Part shown: piece by piece, positions 14,832-31,190 of the stretch
Position numbering within the stretch: position 1 is the stretch's first letter
Layout of the letters: every line of letters begins with the position of its first letter
DNA from: the human T2T-CHM13v2.0 reference genome, Homo sapiens
NCBI RefSeq assembly: GCF_009914755.1
Contig: NC_060936.1
Length of the DNA: 64,000 nucleotides
Strand: one strand, 5' to 3'
Notes under the pieces: model-generated
Told to the model about the DNA's origin: nothing
Seen by the model: only the letters and a program-made list of their open reading frames with translations
The model's database searches: none
Position numbers and translations under genes: made by a program

Positions 14832-15770
14832 TTGTTGAATATCCCCAAGACCATCCCCGGCTCCGTGACTTGCTAGGAGGACTCGCAGGACTCAGCATGT
14901 GGTCCTGCTCATGGCTGTGAGTCATTACAGCAAAAGGACACAGAGCAACATCAGCAGAGGGAAAAAGTGCATGGGGGACCCTAGGGAAGACCAGTCTCAA
15001 GTCTCAGAGTCCTCTCTCCGGGGAGCCACACAGGACATGCTTAATCCCCCAACATTGAGTTGTGGCAACTCGTGTGAAGTACTGCCCACCAGGGGAGCTA
15101 GTTGGAGACTCAGTGCTCCGGGATTTCCTTGGGGCTGCTCATGTAGGCACCTCTACCTGGCATGTGCCAAAATCCCGGATGCCCGGAGGGAGAGCGGGTA
15201 GTCAGCATAGAATACGTTGCATACCCAAGCAGTGTGGGCACAATGTTAGGCTGTTCTTGCATTGCTATAAAGAAATACCTTAGACTGGTTTTTTATAAAG
15301 AAAAGAGGTTCATGTGGCTCACAGTGCCGCAAGCTGTACAGGAAGCATGGTGCTGATTTCTGGGGAGGCCTCAGGAAACTTACAGTCATGGCAGAAGGTG
15401 AAGGGGGAGCAGGCGCGTCCCATGGCCAGAGTGGGAGCAAGGTTGGGGGAGGGGCCACACACTTTCAAACAACCAGATCTCACGAGAACTCACTCGCGCT
15501 CACAAGAACAGCACTAAGAGGATGGTGCTAAACCATCCATGAGAGATCTGCCCCCATCATCCAGTCACCTCCCACCGGGCCCCACCTGTAACACTGGGGA
15601 TCACAATTCAACCTGAGATTTGGTGCGGACGCAGATCCAAACCACATCCCATATTGGGCCACTCTTATCAGTGAATCGGGGAGGAAGCTCTTAAGGAAAC
15701 TAAGTTCCCAGGTGCCTTTCAGAGGTGAGCAGCCGTGGCCTGCCACGTTAACTCTTCCCTGCACAGGAGA
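14832..15770. mobile_element. ERVL LTR (MER21-like) with nested MST LTR (~15244..15650)
   Basis: ccccaagacc...ctaggaggactcgcaggactcagc; ttcttgcattgctataaagaaatacct...cctcaggaaacttacagtcatggcagaagg. Confidence 0.7.
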
Positions 15771-15844
15771 ACGTCAGAGATGGCATAAAATGTATTGCAT
15801 AATTTGAAACGGCGTAGATATAGGAAAAAAGAAGTCCACGTAGC

Positions 15845-16050
15845 CAGGGTTTCTCGACTGCGTGCCGTTGACATTTGGGGCTGGGCTGTTCTTTGTTGTG
15901 GTGGGGCTCTCCTGGGCACTGTGGGAGGTTCAGCAGCATCCCTGGCCTTGACCTATTAGATGCCAGTAGCAACCTCCCTTGCAACAAGCAGAAATATCTC
16001 CAGACATGGCCCAGTGTTTCCTGGGGGCAAATCCCAGCTGAGAATCCCTG
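15845..16050 (-). mobile_element. MER20
   Basis: cagggtttctc...cagcagcatccctggcc...tagatgccagtagca...tctccagaca. Confidence 0.8.
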
Positions 16051-16348
16051 CTTCGGAGTTACAGGCAAGTGAGGCCTCCTCATGCTCTGCATGCTCCCTG
16101 TGATGCTCACGGTCATCCTCCCAGGCGAGCTGGCGGCATCTAGGATCCCCGTTTGACAGACAGGAGCTGGAGGCTCTAAGGGCTTGCCACGAGGTGGCAG
16201 GGAGCCTCGGGTCTCAGGTCAGGCCCACACGCTGCTCTCTGGACTCAGCACCTGCTGATCTTTCCACACCTTCCATCACTCAGTCAGCACTTAGAGCGGT
16301 CATGACCCTGGGACTCAGAGAGATCACCAGCATGTCTTCCTTTTCCAG

Positions 16349-16552
16349 GAATTGTACCTGCGCTTTTTTCTGAAGAGGAGAAAGAGTCTATCCTGAGTCA
16401 GATTGGACAGGAAGCTCTGAAGCAAGGCATGGGGCCGGCCAAGGAGTCTGTGTGGCAGTACTTCGTGAACAAAAGTGCAAATAACCTGCACATTGTCCTG
16501 GGCATGTCGCCAGTGGGGGACACCCTGAGGACCTGGTGCAGAAACTTCCCAG
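16349..16552 (+). CDS. DNAH10: DNAH10 exon (IVPALF...NLHIVLGMSPVGDTLRTWCRNFPG)
   Basis: ttttccag|GA, G|gtaccc; NLHIVL.MSPVG motif. Confidence 0.93.
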
Positions 16553-16860
16553 GTACCCGCGGTGGAGCCTGTGAACCCATTTCCCCTGCTTTGGCAGAGT
16601 GTGTGGCTGAGGGTCTGTCCACACCTCTCCAGGTTCCCCCAGCAAAGCAAAACAAGACACGGCCATTAGGTGGAAATGTGGGCTCTGCACTGTAGCTTGG
16701 GGCTCACTGCCCCTTCTAGGTGCCAGTGGGCGTGAGTGATGTCCCTCTGACAGGAGGATGTACCCATGCTCCTCCATGCGAGGCCCGCAGTGCATGGACG
16801 GTGGCTCCCCGCTTCCTTCCATTTGGGAAAATTCCACCAGCCTCATGCCAGCCTTTAGAG

Positions 16861-17091
16861 CAGAGGTTCCTAATGGGCGGGGCAGGGGCGGGGGAGGTTG
16901 TGTTCTAGGGGACTCTTGGCAATGCCTGGAGACATTTTTGGTCATCACAGCCCCGGGGAGCATGCAGTGTAGTACTGGCATCTAGTGGGTAGAAGCCAGG
17001 GATGCTGTGAAGCATCCTACAGTGCACAGCCAGCTGCTGCCACAAAGGATTAGAGCCCAGATGTCAATAGCGCCAAGGGTGAGAAACTCTG
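16861..17091 (+). mobile_element. MER20
   Basis: ggcaatgcctggagacattttt...actggcatctagtgggtagaagccagggatgctg...gagaaactctg. Confidence 0.8.
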
Positions 17092-17192
17092 CTTTTGATG
17101 AACTAGATTTGGACACATCTGGCTCATTCACCAACTTGTTGGCTATTGAAGATGGCATCCATGTTCTTGAGTGTCTCAGGGTTGCAGAATGA

Positions 17193-17726
<534 letters not shown>

Positions 17727-17758
17727 GAGCATCTTTTTAATCTCTCTTTCCTTTCAAG

Positions 17759-17839
17759 GTATGGTAAATAACACTGGTATTGACTGGTTCATGCCCTGGC
17801 CTCCCCAAGCCCTCCATGCGGTCGCAAAGTCCTTTCTAG
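17759..17839 (+). CDS. DNAH10: DNAH10 exon (MVNNTGIDWFMPWPPQALHAVAKSFL)
   Basis: tttcaag|GT, G|gtaagt; IDWF..WP..AL..VA motif; too short for the ORF track. Confidence 0.92.
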
Positions 17840-18074
17840 GTAAGTCACAGCTGTTATGGGAACTGCATTATTGATAAAACAAAGCAATTTATTTTCCCTT
17901 TTCTGACTTTGAATTCTGGTCTTGTAGATTTCTTCACTGGAAAACCCTATGGTAACAAATGGCTTTCAATTTTGTTAGTATGTTTTTGGTTTATATTTGG
18001 TGTTTTAGTCCAAAGACATTTCAGGAGACTTAGCAAGGACAATTTAGGATAAAAATTGATTAGGTGTTCTCCAC

Positions 18075-18795
18075 AGCAGCAGTTGGCAAAACCATGGTCT
18101 GCTGTCTAGTTGGCCCCTTACTTGTTTTAGTAAATAAAGTTTTATTGGTACACAGACTCACTCATTAATTAACATATTGTCTCTGGCTGCTTTTATGCTA
18201 CAACCGCAAAGCTGAATAATTGCAACAGAGACCGTATGAGTACTGTTCGGCTCTTTGTAGAAAACATGTGCTGGCCTCTATCCAAAGAATGCTCCAAGGA
18301 CAATTCAGCAAACATTCTGCATTCTCATTGAATTTCTAGCGTTTCAAACACCTAAGGCCTTGGATATTAATTTTAATGTTTGAATAAGAAAGGAAGTCTG
18401 TCTTCAGGGAACATCTTTTTCTTTTGACCTAACTTGAGCAGATTTATGATGAATGACACTGGGTAACCTTGAAAATAGTTTCAACCTTCTAAATCTGTAC
18501 TCAATAATAAATAAATAAATGTTCCTATATGTAAGAAGAAATCATAACTTTAATCATAATGCAGTTTTGGGGGAAAAGGGGCCAAGAGAATGACTCTTTT
18601 CTGATGATATATCTCAGGTCCAGATGGTAAATATTTACAGCTTTTTCGCAACTACTCAATTCTGCCATTTTATCATGAAAGCAGTCATAGACAATACGTA
18701 AATGAATCGCTATGGCTGTGATCCAATAACACTTTATTTACAAAAACAGGGGGCGGGCTGGATTTGTCCTTTGGCCCGTAGTTGGCCAGCCCCAA
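18075..18795. mobile_element. Two oppositely oriented MER58A-like hAT MITEs (~18075..18280, ~18590..18795)
   Basis: gtaaataaagttttattgg and its reverse complement ccaataacactttatttac. Confidence 0.7.
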
Positions 18796-18930
18796 TATAG
18801 ATGTCCCCTTGTTCTCAGAGGCGTATTTGCCGTTTCCATGTGTGAAGTGCTTGTGTTTGCTTTCAGTATTCAGTGATTCAGCATCATAAATAATGCTGCC
18901 TAGAATTTGCTTAGAACTTTTTTGTCCTTA

Positions 18931-19345
<415 letters not shown>

Positions 19346-19954
19346 CTATGCCCAAAGGCACAGATATTTGTGAGGCACCGTTTTTCCTGCACACTGTAAA
19401 ATGGGCCCTGGGGCTGTGTTTTGCTAACCCCGGAGTAACTCAGGACCAGCTCTGCAGAATCTGGATTAATCGGTACTTTCAATCTGTCTTTCCTTCCTCC
19501 ATTTTAATATGAGACATTCTCTGCTTTGAGCTGAATGCATTTAACAACCTATCAGATAATCCAGGTGATGTGATCTTGACACTGGAAGCCATCATTCATT
19601 CTTTCAGCGGGTGTATAGGAAGGCCCACCTTTGCCGATATGTGCTGGGTGTCATCCAGCGGTGGGTAACCGAATAAGCCCACCCAGTCCTCGGGCGGGCG
19701 AGGGGAGCAACAGGGCAGAGTTAGACGTGGTGATCGCTTCTGAAAACCCAAGGCCCTTCTGCCACGGTGTCTTGGCCTTTAGGGAAGACAGGGCTTCCTA
19801 ACAGTAGGGAAGGAATTAGGTAACAGAGTGAGACCCTGTCTCAAGAAAAAAAAAAAAAAAAAAGAAGGATTAGCACGGATCACTGCTGTGGCCCTGAAAA
19901 GCCACCAATAAGTGATAGCCATTCTTTTCTTGTCCTATTAAAAACTTTAACATC

Positions 19955-20540
19955 ATTTTTTTATTGTAGTAAAATATATGTAACATAACATTTTCCATTT
20001 TAAGCATTTTGAAATGTACATGTGGCACTAATCACATTCGTAATGTTGTGAAACCAACACCACTGTCTGTTGCCAAAACTTTTCATCATCCCAAACTGAA
20101 ACTCCATACCCGTTAAACACGAACTCCCCATCGCCCCTCCCTCCAGCCCCTGGCAACCTCGAATCTGTGTTCTGTCTGTATGAATTTGCCTGTTCTAGAG
20201 AGGGTTCGTATAAGTGGAATCATGCAATGTTTGTCCTTTGGTGTCTGGCGTCTTTCACTTAGCATCATGTTTTTGAGGCTCATCCGTGTTTCAGCATCGG
20301 AACTTCATTCCTTTTTACAAGTGAATACTATCCCCGGTATAGATAGGACACATTTTGTTCATCCATTCCTCCGTTGCTGGACGCTTGGGTCTTTCCACCT
20401 TTTGCTTATTGTGATAGTCTACAGTAAACATTGGCATACAAGAATTCATTTGAGTCCCTGCTTTTCAGTTCTTTGGGGTATATACCTAGGAGTGGAATTG
20501 TTGAGTCATATAATAGTTCTATATTTAACTCTTTGAAGAA
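19955..20540 (-). mobile_element. Old L1 (L1MB-like) 3' fragment
   Basis: gtaaaatatatgtaacataac...tatatacctaggagtggaattg. Confidence 0.75.
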
Positions 20541-20567
20541 TCCCTGTTTTCCTTTCTTAACAAGCAT

Positions 20568-20891
<324 letters not shown>

Positions 20892-20895
20892 TCAG

Positions 20896-21093
20896 GGTAT
20901 AATCCAATGATCCCGGCAGAAAATATAGAAAATGTGGTGAAGCATGTTGTCTTGGTTCACCAATCCGTGGACCACTACAGCCAACAGTTTCTACAGAAAT
21001 TGAGGCGCAGCAACTATGTCACTCCCAAGAACTACCTTGATTTTATTAACACCTATTCAAAATTGCTGGATGAGAAAACTCAGTGTAATATAG
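20896..21093 (+). CDS. DNAH10: DNAH10 exon (YNPMIP...RSNYVTPKNYLDFI...)
   Basis: ttcag|GG, G|gtaagc; R.NYVTPK.YL motif. Confidence 0.93.
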
Positions 21094-21330
21094 GTAAGCC
21101 TTGGGGATGGGGTGGTTGACAAAAGTCATTATTATTTATGGGTAAGGATTCGAGCGCTGATCTTTTCTTTAGTAAGATGGGGCATCTTCAGTATTGAGGC
21201 CAAACGAAGCACATCTTGGATTTTGTGTCTTGGAGCGATTCTTTCATGTGGGCAGGACCCTGGCATGTCCTTATTTTTGTTCTCAGTGTTGAGTCTTAGA
21301 CTTTGAAGCTTTACATTTTGATCACATTAG

Positions 21331-21648
<318 letters not shown>

Positions 21649-21778
21649 TGAAAGACATGTGCCATCTTGTAAAAATGTTTTGTTTTGTTTTTGATAAGCT
21701 GAAGTTAGGCAAATCTCAGTGATTGTGTTGCGAACAGTGGCCACCTCGACGATGAACATAGGTGCCCTCTTTCCTCAG

Positions 21779-21940
21779 CTCAGTGCAAGCGTCTGGATGG
21801 GGGACTGGACAAGCTGAAGGAGGCCACCATCCAGCTGGACGAGCTGAACCAGAAGCTGGCCGAGCAGAAGATCGTGCTGGCGGAGAAGTCCGCCGCCTGC
21901 GAGGCCTTGCTGGAGGAGATCGCCGTCAACACCGCTGTAG
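21779..21940 (+). CDS. DNAH10: DNAH10 exon, start of stalk coil (QCKRLDGGLDKLKEA...)
   Basis: cctcag|CT, G|gtgagt; RL..GL.KL motif. Confidence 0.92.
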
Positions 21941-24709
21941 GTGAGTGAGGGCGGGGCCAGGGCAGCCCATCCCCAACACCCAATACCCACCGTAGGTGAG
22001 TGAGGGCGGGGCCAGGGCAGCCCATCCCGAGCAGGACAGGGCTCTGCCAGGCCGTCCCTGTGAAACTGCTTGTAGGCACTGAGCGTGCCATCTTTGACCC
22101 TGCAATTCCTGTTTTCTTTCTGAATTCGTGTCCAGCCAGTCTTGTCCCCTTTCATAAGCACTGAGAAGCTACCATATGTAGGCCCCTGCGCTGGTAGCCT
22201 GAGGATGTTCAGGGGAGTGGAAAAGTCACTCGACCCTCTATGGGCTGGTGAACTAAGTCCGTGGGGTTGAAATGACCTAAGCCTTGGCACCATCGACGCG
22301 GGACTTTCTTGGTTCTTGAAGCTGTTTCAAGGTTCTTTCTTGGGCCCCTTCCCTCGGTCTTCTTGGCCGAGCCTCTGTGTCACCTGCACTGTCCTGCTCT
22401 TGACGACTCTACCCTCTCGCGATGCCTGGCACAGGACGGCTCCTGCAGCCCACAGCTCTGTGCCTGGCCTCTAAGCCTCCTCTCTAGGTCTTTGGGCCAG
22501 TGGCTTCTGATGTGTACCCTCCCCAGCTCGTTCCCAGATTCCTGCAGATGCCGCTCAACCTGCCTGCCTCTTCCTTCTCCTGCTGGTCCGTGTTCGTGTT
22601 GCTGCTAAGTGTCATCTCGGTTCAGTTCCTTTGTCATTGCACCCGGCCCTGTGCACAGGATCCATTTGTCATCACTCTGGCAACAGCACCTTAACTTGGT
22701 GTTGGCAAACTGCCTCTCCCCGACTCCCAGTGCCTGCCATCAGGATGGGCTTATTCTAACCCTGACAGACCAATTAGATGTTCTCTGGGACTGCACATTT
22801 TGAATCAGCCAATATAAAGACTGAAGATTATTTGTGTTCATTCATTGCACAGCAGCGCCGTGAAGAGACTGCATTCAGTGCCCGAGCCCAGATCCCTGAG
22901 GCGCCTCTAGTTTATGTGTTTCAGCATCTTCCATGTCTGTGAGCTACCATATCTTCTTAAAACAATTTCACGTTTTTCTTAACTCGACCATCATTAGCTT
23001 CTGTTGCTTGCAACCAAAGCAACTTAATCGATAGATATCCTTTCCCAGGAATTTGTGGCATATCCCTGCTGCCTGTTTTGATGCTGAGTCCTCACTGTGG
23101 CCGTGAAGGGTCCCATCAATCCCTCTATGTCATCTTGCCTACCTAATTTCTCATGACACCCTGTCGCCTGCTCACAGCATCACTTCTTCATGCCTGTGTG
23201 AGTCCTGCAGTAACTTGCTCTTTCTCTCCCTTTGGTCTGCTAAGAATATCCGTACCACTTCTTTCTTCCTGTCCATGTTTCTCCTTCCAGAACTTTGATC
23301 AAATGCCTCATTCCCACATAGCTGCACTTTGCTTTGATCTGTCTTTTAAAAACTATATATTTCTGGCCCCCTAAATGTAAAAAACTATATATTCCTGGCC
23401 CCCTAGATGTAAAACTAGACTGGAAGTGTCTTGAAGGATGCTGGTATTCCACGTATTCATCTGTCCAGTCAGCAGATACTGACTTCAGCTTCATGGCAGC
23501 CACCGTGGTAGGGAGAGTGGGGGCTAGAAACCGAATGAGACTCAACCCCTGCCTCGAAGAAGCTCACAACCAAGAGAGCCCCTCCCCCGGTGCCCAGGCC
23601 ACAGTTTGTACTGAGGACCGCCTATTTGCCACACCTGTGTTTAGTGCCTCTCCTACCTGTGCTTGTTTTTCTTTCCCCATTGCCATCATCCTTGTCCAGG
23701 GTCACCTTGCTCCCACTTGGAATTTTGGAGGAAGCTTCATCTAGGAACTCTGTTTCCAGGGTTGCAAATGGTAGAAACTGAGCTCAAAGTGGCTTAATCC
23801 AAAGTGGAAACGCATTGATTCCAGAGGCATGCTGGCTTCAGGCACAGCTGGATCTAGGATTCAAATGTATCAGTGGGAATCTTTCCTTCCCTTTCTTGGC
23901 TCTGCTGTCTTCCGTTTGGGCTTCATCTCAGGCAGCCGGCTCTGTCCATGCTGAGACTTTGGGAGCCTCCAGCATGAGGTTGGCATCCTATTAGCTCAGC
24001 ATCCCCAGGGGAGAGAGGGCTCTTCTTTCCCATACATTCCCTCAAAGCTCCCAGAGTTGGCTGTGATTGGACAGATTTGGGTCACATGCCCATGCCGAAA
24101 CCAATCCTGGTGGCCATAGGAATGGGATACATTGACACGTCCCACAGAGGGTAGGGTGGAGTGCAAACAATCCTCTCTCCTGAGGGTGGCTCTTCAGCAC
24201 CTGCCCCAGCCTCCAGCCCATGCTTCTGCCTGGCTGAAAGAGCCCACAATTTTGCTCCTCAGCATGACTCAAGCACCTGGCTTCGCCAGCCCCCTTTGCA
24301 GGCTGCTCCCCACACTGAGGTTCCTGAGGCCTGTACCAGCCCTCTTCCTTCCCAGCCAGCTCTGGTGGTGTCCTGTTACCTCTGCACTCCGTTCCTGCTG
24401 GCACCACCCCCCACCCCCGCGCCTCAGCACGCTCACAGCTTAGACAGCTTCCTTTCTGCTTTTCTGTTCCGAAGGTTCCACACTCGTGATCTTGCTACCC
24501 TTTTCTGATGCATTCATCCCCCTGCTGCCCCAGGGACAAGTAGTGCCTGGGCTGGGGACCCTTTACAGTGTCAAGGCCCGTGCACGGCTTTGCACGCTGC
24601 AAGTGCCAGTGCTGGCTTGTTAGCTGTGGAGATGGGTTCCGAGAGACCTTATCATGGGGGAGGCAGAGCCTCTGCAGCCAGCATCTGTTTGTAGAAGGCC
24701 TGCTGCATT

Positions 24710-25462
<753 letters not shown>

Positions 25463-26064
25463 GTGAGCCAAGCCCTGCTCTAGGTTTTGGGGTTCCGGCC
25501 CTCGGGGAGGTGCTGACATCCTAGTGAGTGAGGGCACCCAGGCAGTGAATCAGCCAGTGGTGAAATGAAACTTCCGATTGCGATTGGTGTCATGAAGCAA
25601 GTCAGCAAGGAAGGGAGAGAGAGGACGACAGAGGGGCAGGCTCCTTAGAGGGTGGCTCTGGCTGGGCCCGAGTGAGCGTAGGAAGAGGCGATGAGAGGCA
25701 GAAGGAGGAGATCGCAGGGAGCCGGTAAGCAGGAGGGGGACCCCAGCATCCTCACTGAACACCGGCGAGGCAGGGCTGGGGGCTATCAGGAGCCATGGGA
25801 TTTGTCCTGGATGGAGTGGGTGGGACACAGGTGGGCCAGTTGAGGAAGGTCAGAGTCAGGGTGGCTGCCTAGTGCTGGAGGCCCCACGCATGGTGAGGTT
25901 TTCTGTCCCACCAGGATCACTGAGGCTGCCACATTGGCCAGAGCCCCTTAGATCCCCGCTAGGGCTCAAGCCAACCTTTGAGGACTGCACTCTGCTCAGA
26001 GCCGGGGCCGCGAGTGCATCTCCTCTGAGCCCAAGCTTTACTCACCCCCTGTCCTACCCTGCAG

Positions 26065-26239
26065 CCGAGGAGAAGAAGAAACTGGCAGAGGAAAAGGCCA
26101 TGGAGATAGAGGAGCAGAACAAAGTCATTGCCATGGAGAAGGCCGAGGCCGAGACGACCCTGGCAGAGGTCATGCCCATCCTGGAGGCCGCCAAGCTGGA
26201 ACTGCAGAAGCTGGACAAGTCGGACGTGACTGAGATTAG
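26065..26239 (+). CDS. DNAH10: DNAH10 exon, stalk CC1 (EEKKKLAEE...DVTEIR)
   Basis: ctgcag|CC, AG|gtaatg. Confidence 0.93.
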
Positions 26240-27784
26240 GTAATGCACCTGAGCCACCATTCTGGGCTTCCATTCCACCTCTGCAAGCCAGTAGTCTCCA
26301 TGATCGTGGCAACCAGGAGCTTACAAAGGAGCCGATGCCACATGCTGCCACTGTGCCTGGCTCTCTCCATGGTGGAGACTGTTGTTGCCCTCATTTTCGG
26401 ATGGGGAAAATGAGGCCCAGGGAGATGAGGTGGGCGCCCCAGGCATCCAGATCCCCCAGCTAGTAGGAAGCAGGGCCTGCTGACCTTGAACCCAGGCCAA
26501 GGGAAGGATGGAGTGGGGTAAAACAGTGCTCTTCACGGAACATGCGGGGGCAAGTGTCCGCCCTAAGCAGGGGCAGGATGCTCACCATGGGGCTGAGCCC
26601 TGCTGAAAACAGCTCTGCAGAGATGTGTGCACACCACGGCCGGACTGGCGATGCCTGAATCCATTTCCAGCCAAGGAAGCTTTCAAGGAGGGTGAGAGTA
26701 GGTCACTATTGAGGCCCCCATACATCTTGCAAATCAATCTGTAAGATGACCCTGTCCCCCACACCAGAGGGCTCATCTGCTGTCAGCGAGGGTAACGTGG
26801 TGTGGCGTGGGCTAACAAGCTTTCTCCTCGCATGGCTTGGCCTCCCCAGGGCACTGTTCCTGGGCTCTGATGGTCAGTTGAGTCTTGTGAGTAAAGCCCT
26901 GGGAGGGAACACTGTCCTGGTGCCAGCCTCCGCCCACTGCCTCTGCCCCTGTGCTGCCTGGCCCCGCACAGACCCCTCGGCGTGGGAGCCTCAGCTCTCT
27001 CCTTCCCCACTCTTCATCCAGAAGGAGATCAGTCTTCCTGGCCCCACACACGGGTCTCGCAGCCGAGAGGCTCCGTTCCTGGGTCAGTAATGGGCTTCCA
27101 TTCTGGGCTCCCGCTGGAGCGGTGCATGTTCCCTGTGCTTCCTATTTCTCTGCCTCTGTGCTGCCTGTGAAGGCTGAGCAGCGCTCCTTGTCCAAGTCCG
27201 TGCCCTTGTTTTCTTATTGGTGAAACATTTGTGAATTTGAGCATGGAATTCAGCTCACTCCAGGACAGAATGACCTCCCGGTTCATTCTTGGGAGGTCAC
27301 TTGGAGGTGCTGCTGTGGTCAGCAAGAAGTCATTAGTTCAGTGTTGAGGATGGTGTCAAGGAGGGTATAAGGATCGATGTATTAAAACTTCAGCACTAGG
27401 CGTTGGAAGTTTAGGCTGAGGTACCAGGACACAGTGGAAGTGCACACCCAGCGGAGGGGTAGGAGACACGGTCAGCACACACATCCTCCAGGGAAATTTC
27501 TAGCTACCGGTGATAGGATTTGGGCCACTGCTCCCAGGTCAGCAGCATAAAAACATCGTGAAAGCAGAGACTAGGAAGGATTTTTGAAGGGGATTTATTT
27601 GAAGAGAAGGAACGGTGAGTCCCTTCCATCAATCCAAGGTGGAGGAGTGGGGGGGAGCTTCCATGGGGCCAAATAGAGGGCGTGGCATGTGTCCCCTGCA
27701 GTGAGACAGGCATTGCAGACAGGTGCCCCGCTCACCCCTGAGAAAGCCTAAGTACAAAAGGAATAATTTTTACACATTCATACA

Positions 27785-27975
27785 TGGCTCTGCCTCTTTG
27801 CTGTGTGACGTTTAGCAAGTCATCTAACCTCTCTTTGCTCCAGTTTCTTCATTTGTAAAATGTGGATAAGAATTGTCTCGGCTGCATCAGGGTCTTCATG
27901 AGGATCATATGAGCCTATATGTGAAGAACTGGGCTGGGCACATGGTCAGAGCCATGTAAGCATTAGCTGTGATTA
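27785..27975 (+). mobile_element. MIR
   Basis: gctgtgtgac...gcaagtca...cagtttcttcatttgtaaaatg. Confidence 0.7.
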
Positions 27976-29032
27976 TGGCTCCAGCATCCAAAAGGTATGC
28001 TGGGAAAAGCCCACGGCCACTGTGTCCTCTATCAGCTGTGGTCACCTTCCCACACTGCAACAGGTAGTATGGGTATATCATTTCTCATATACACTTCCTG
28101 AGGATTTTCATGCATGACCAAGGCAACCAGGTACACAAGGGTCTCTTCTCTTCCTGACTTCAGGTTCTGAGGGTTTGGAGAGCAGGGGATGCCTGCAAAT
28201 CCTTTTTTCCTTCTTTTATATACAAATTATAACACCCTATGCATATCTTTCTGCATCTTTTCTGCTTAGCAGTATATTTTGGAGAGCTTTTGCATGTTGA
28301 TGTATGATGAACTTCCCCGATATTTTAGAACATTCCTTCACATTCCATTGTGTGGCTGTGCCGTAATTTATTTAACAAGGCCTTACTGATGAGTTTGTTA
28401 AATAAATTGATTGTGTCTCCAGTCTTTTGCCTTTACAAACAGCGTGGCAAAGAATAAATCTGACCATAGTTCATTGTGCACGTGGGCGAGTCCACCTGCA
28501 GGATACATTTCTGGAAGTGGAATTGCTGGGTCCCAGGGTGTAGGCATTTATAGTGTTCATAGCTGTTGCCTAATCCCCGCCGTGGGGATGGAACCTATTT
28601 ATCCTCACCAACAATCCAAACGAGTAGTACCTGCTTTTTCCTAGACTTACCAACAGGGGGCGCGATCACATGTTGGGATTTTTGCATATTTTGTAGATGA
28701 GTGGTACTTGTGTAGTTTTAATTTGCATTTCTCTTAGTGTGAGTGAAGCTGGCCTTTTTTTTTTTTCCTATGAGAAAAGTGTGTCTAAGAGTTATGTGTA
28801 TTTCCTTTTCTGTGAACTTGGTTTGCGTATCTATTGGGTCGTGGTTATTGTTGCTTTTTATTTCAAAACCATTTCCAGGGGCTTTTTATATAATGGGGAG
28901 CTCAGCTTTTTATCCATAAGGTGAGTTGCAAATCTTTTCCTGGTTTGTCATGGGCTATTTGACTTTGTTTATGAGGTTTATGTGTGTGTTTGTTTTTGCC
29001 ATCTATGTTTATTTTTATGTGGCAGGTTTTAG

Positions 29033-29695
<663 letters not shown>

Positions 29696-31190
29696 TAGTT
29701 AAAAGGCCTGATCACACTGCAAGATTGTAAAATAATTTCCCCATGATTTCTTTTGGTACTCTTATGTTTTAATTTTTTATATTTAAATCTTTTATCTATT
29801 GAGGATTTTTTTCCTGGGGTTCTGTGTGAGTTTGGATCCAATTTGAGTTTTTCCAGATGAGTAAAATCTGGCTTTTCTCAGGTCATTTGGATGTTAAGCG
29901 CAATGAGCCGGCACTTACATCTTGACAATTTTATAATCTTTTAAGTCCTTAAAAAGCGCTTCCTTCTTATCATACTCAATCCTCTTTGTAGAAATCATTA
30001 AATGTTAAGGCAGGAAGATGAAGAGTCATGAAGATTAGAAGTAGATGTTTCTCTAACTATAAAACTATAAAAGCCTCCCTTTGTTGCTGGCTCTTGAGTT
30101 TCACTTTTCTTCCTTTCATTCATTCAGTAGTCAGTGGGTGTCTGTCCCCCACCCCACCCCTGCCCTGAGCAGGCACTGGGGCCCATCAGCAGTGAGGCAG
30201 GCAGGGTCTTCACTGCGTGGCGCTGACACTCTGTTTTCCTATAGGAATCCCATGTGCATGGGGAAATTATGTAGGATTAGGTTAGGAAGGAAAGGTCCTT
30301 GCTGCTCTGACAGTGGATGTTGGGACCTGACCTAGTCATGGTCATGGAGGGCGGAGGGGGCACCTTCTCTGAGATTGCAAGGAGCTCGGCTGGAGAAAAA
30401 GCAGAGACAGCTGGTGTGTCAGGGGTAGAGTACTGGGAGGTGGGGAGTGGGGTTTATAAGGATTATTTTCCTCTAGGGAGGGTAGCATATCATTCTCCCT
30501 TTCTCATTCCTGAGTTTGTTTTGTGATAGAAGAAAGGAATCAAATTAAACAGACATCTCCCTTTCTCTTGACTTGCACCCTCCACATTTCACACACCTTG
30601 GTCATCCGGCATTGTGGAAAGTGGTATGTTCTGGATAAGTGAGATCCCAGAGCGTGGCCTGCAACCCAACAGCAGAAAACGTCACTTTGGTAGACTCAGA
30701 GGATTTGGGAACTGGAAGGTTCCAGTTCTGCGTCTCTACTTCACAGATGGGGAAACTGACGCCCTGGCTGGTTCCTAACTTGCCCAAGGGCTCAGGACCC
30801 CGCCGCAGGCCTGGGCTCCTTCTGTCTTGAATCTGAAAACATCTCCCCCATTCTTTCCCCACCTGCTTGTTCACAGAGCGGTGGCCGGGGCCTGGTTTCC
30901 ATCCACCCTGAAGGGACCTTTTAAAGACACTTGACAGCCCCGCCGCTTTCCTAAGCAGCCAACACCAGCGTGATCGAGCCTTTTCCCGGGGACTCAGGGC
31001 CTTTCTTTCATCACTGGGCTTTGTGCTGAAGTGTGGGCGCCCTCCCTCCTGGCTGTTGCCCTGGCTTGTCCGTACACTATGGGGCCTTCTCTCCTCTGCT
31101 GTCTGTGTGGGAGTGTGTGAGGGTTCCGGGGTCAGGAGGGGTGGGGGATTTGCTCACTGCAGAAAGCCTCCAGGTTGCTGTCTGCTCAGG

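Noticed and set aside
21775-22293. Antisense ORFs over DNAH10 exons (also 25959..26351, 43013..43339, 53519..53998)
   Set aside because: Expected shadow ORFs of GC3-rich coding exons; no independent support.
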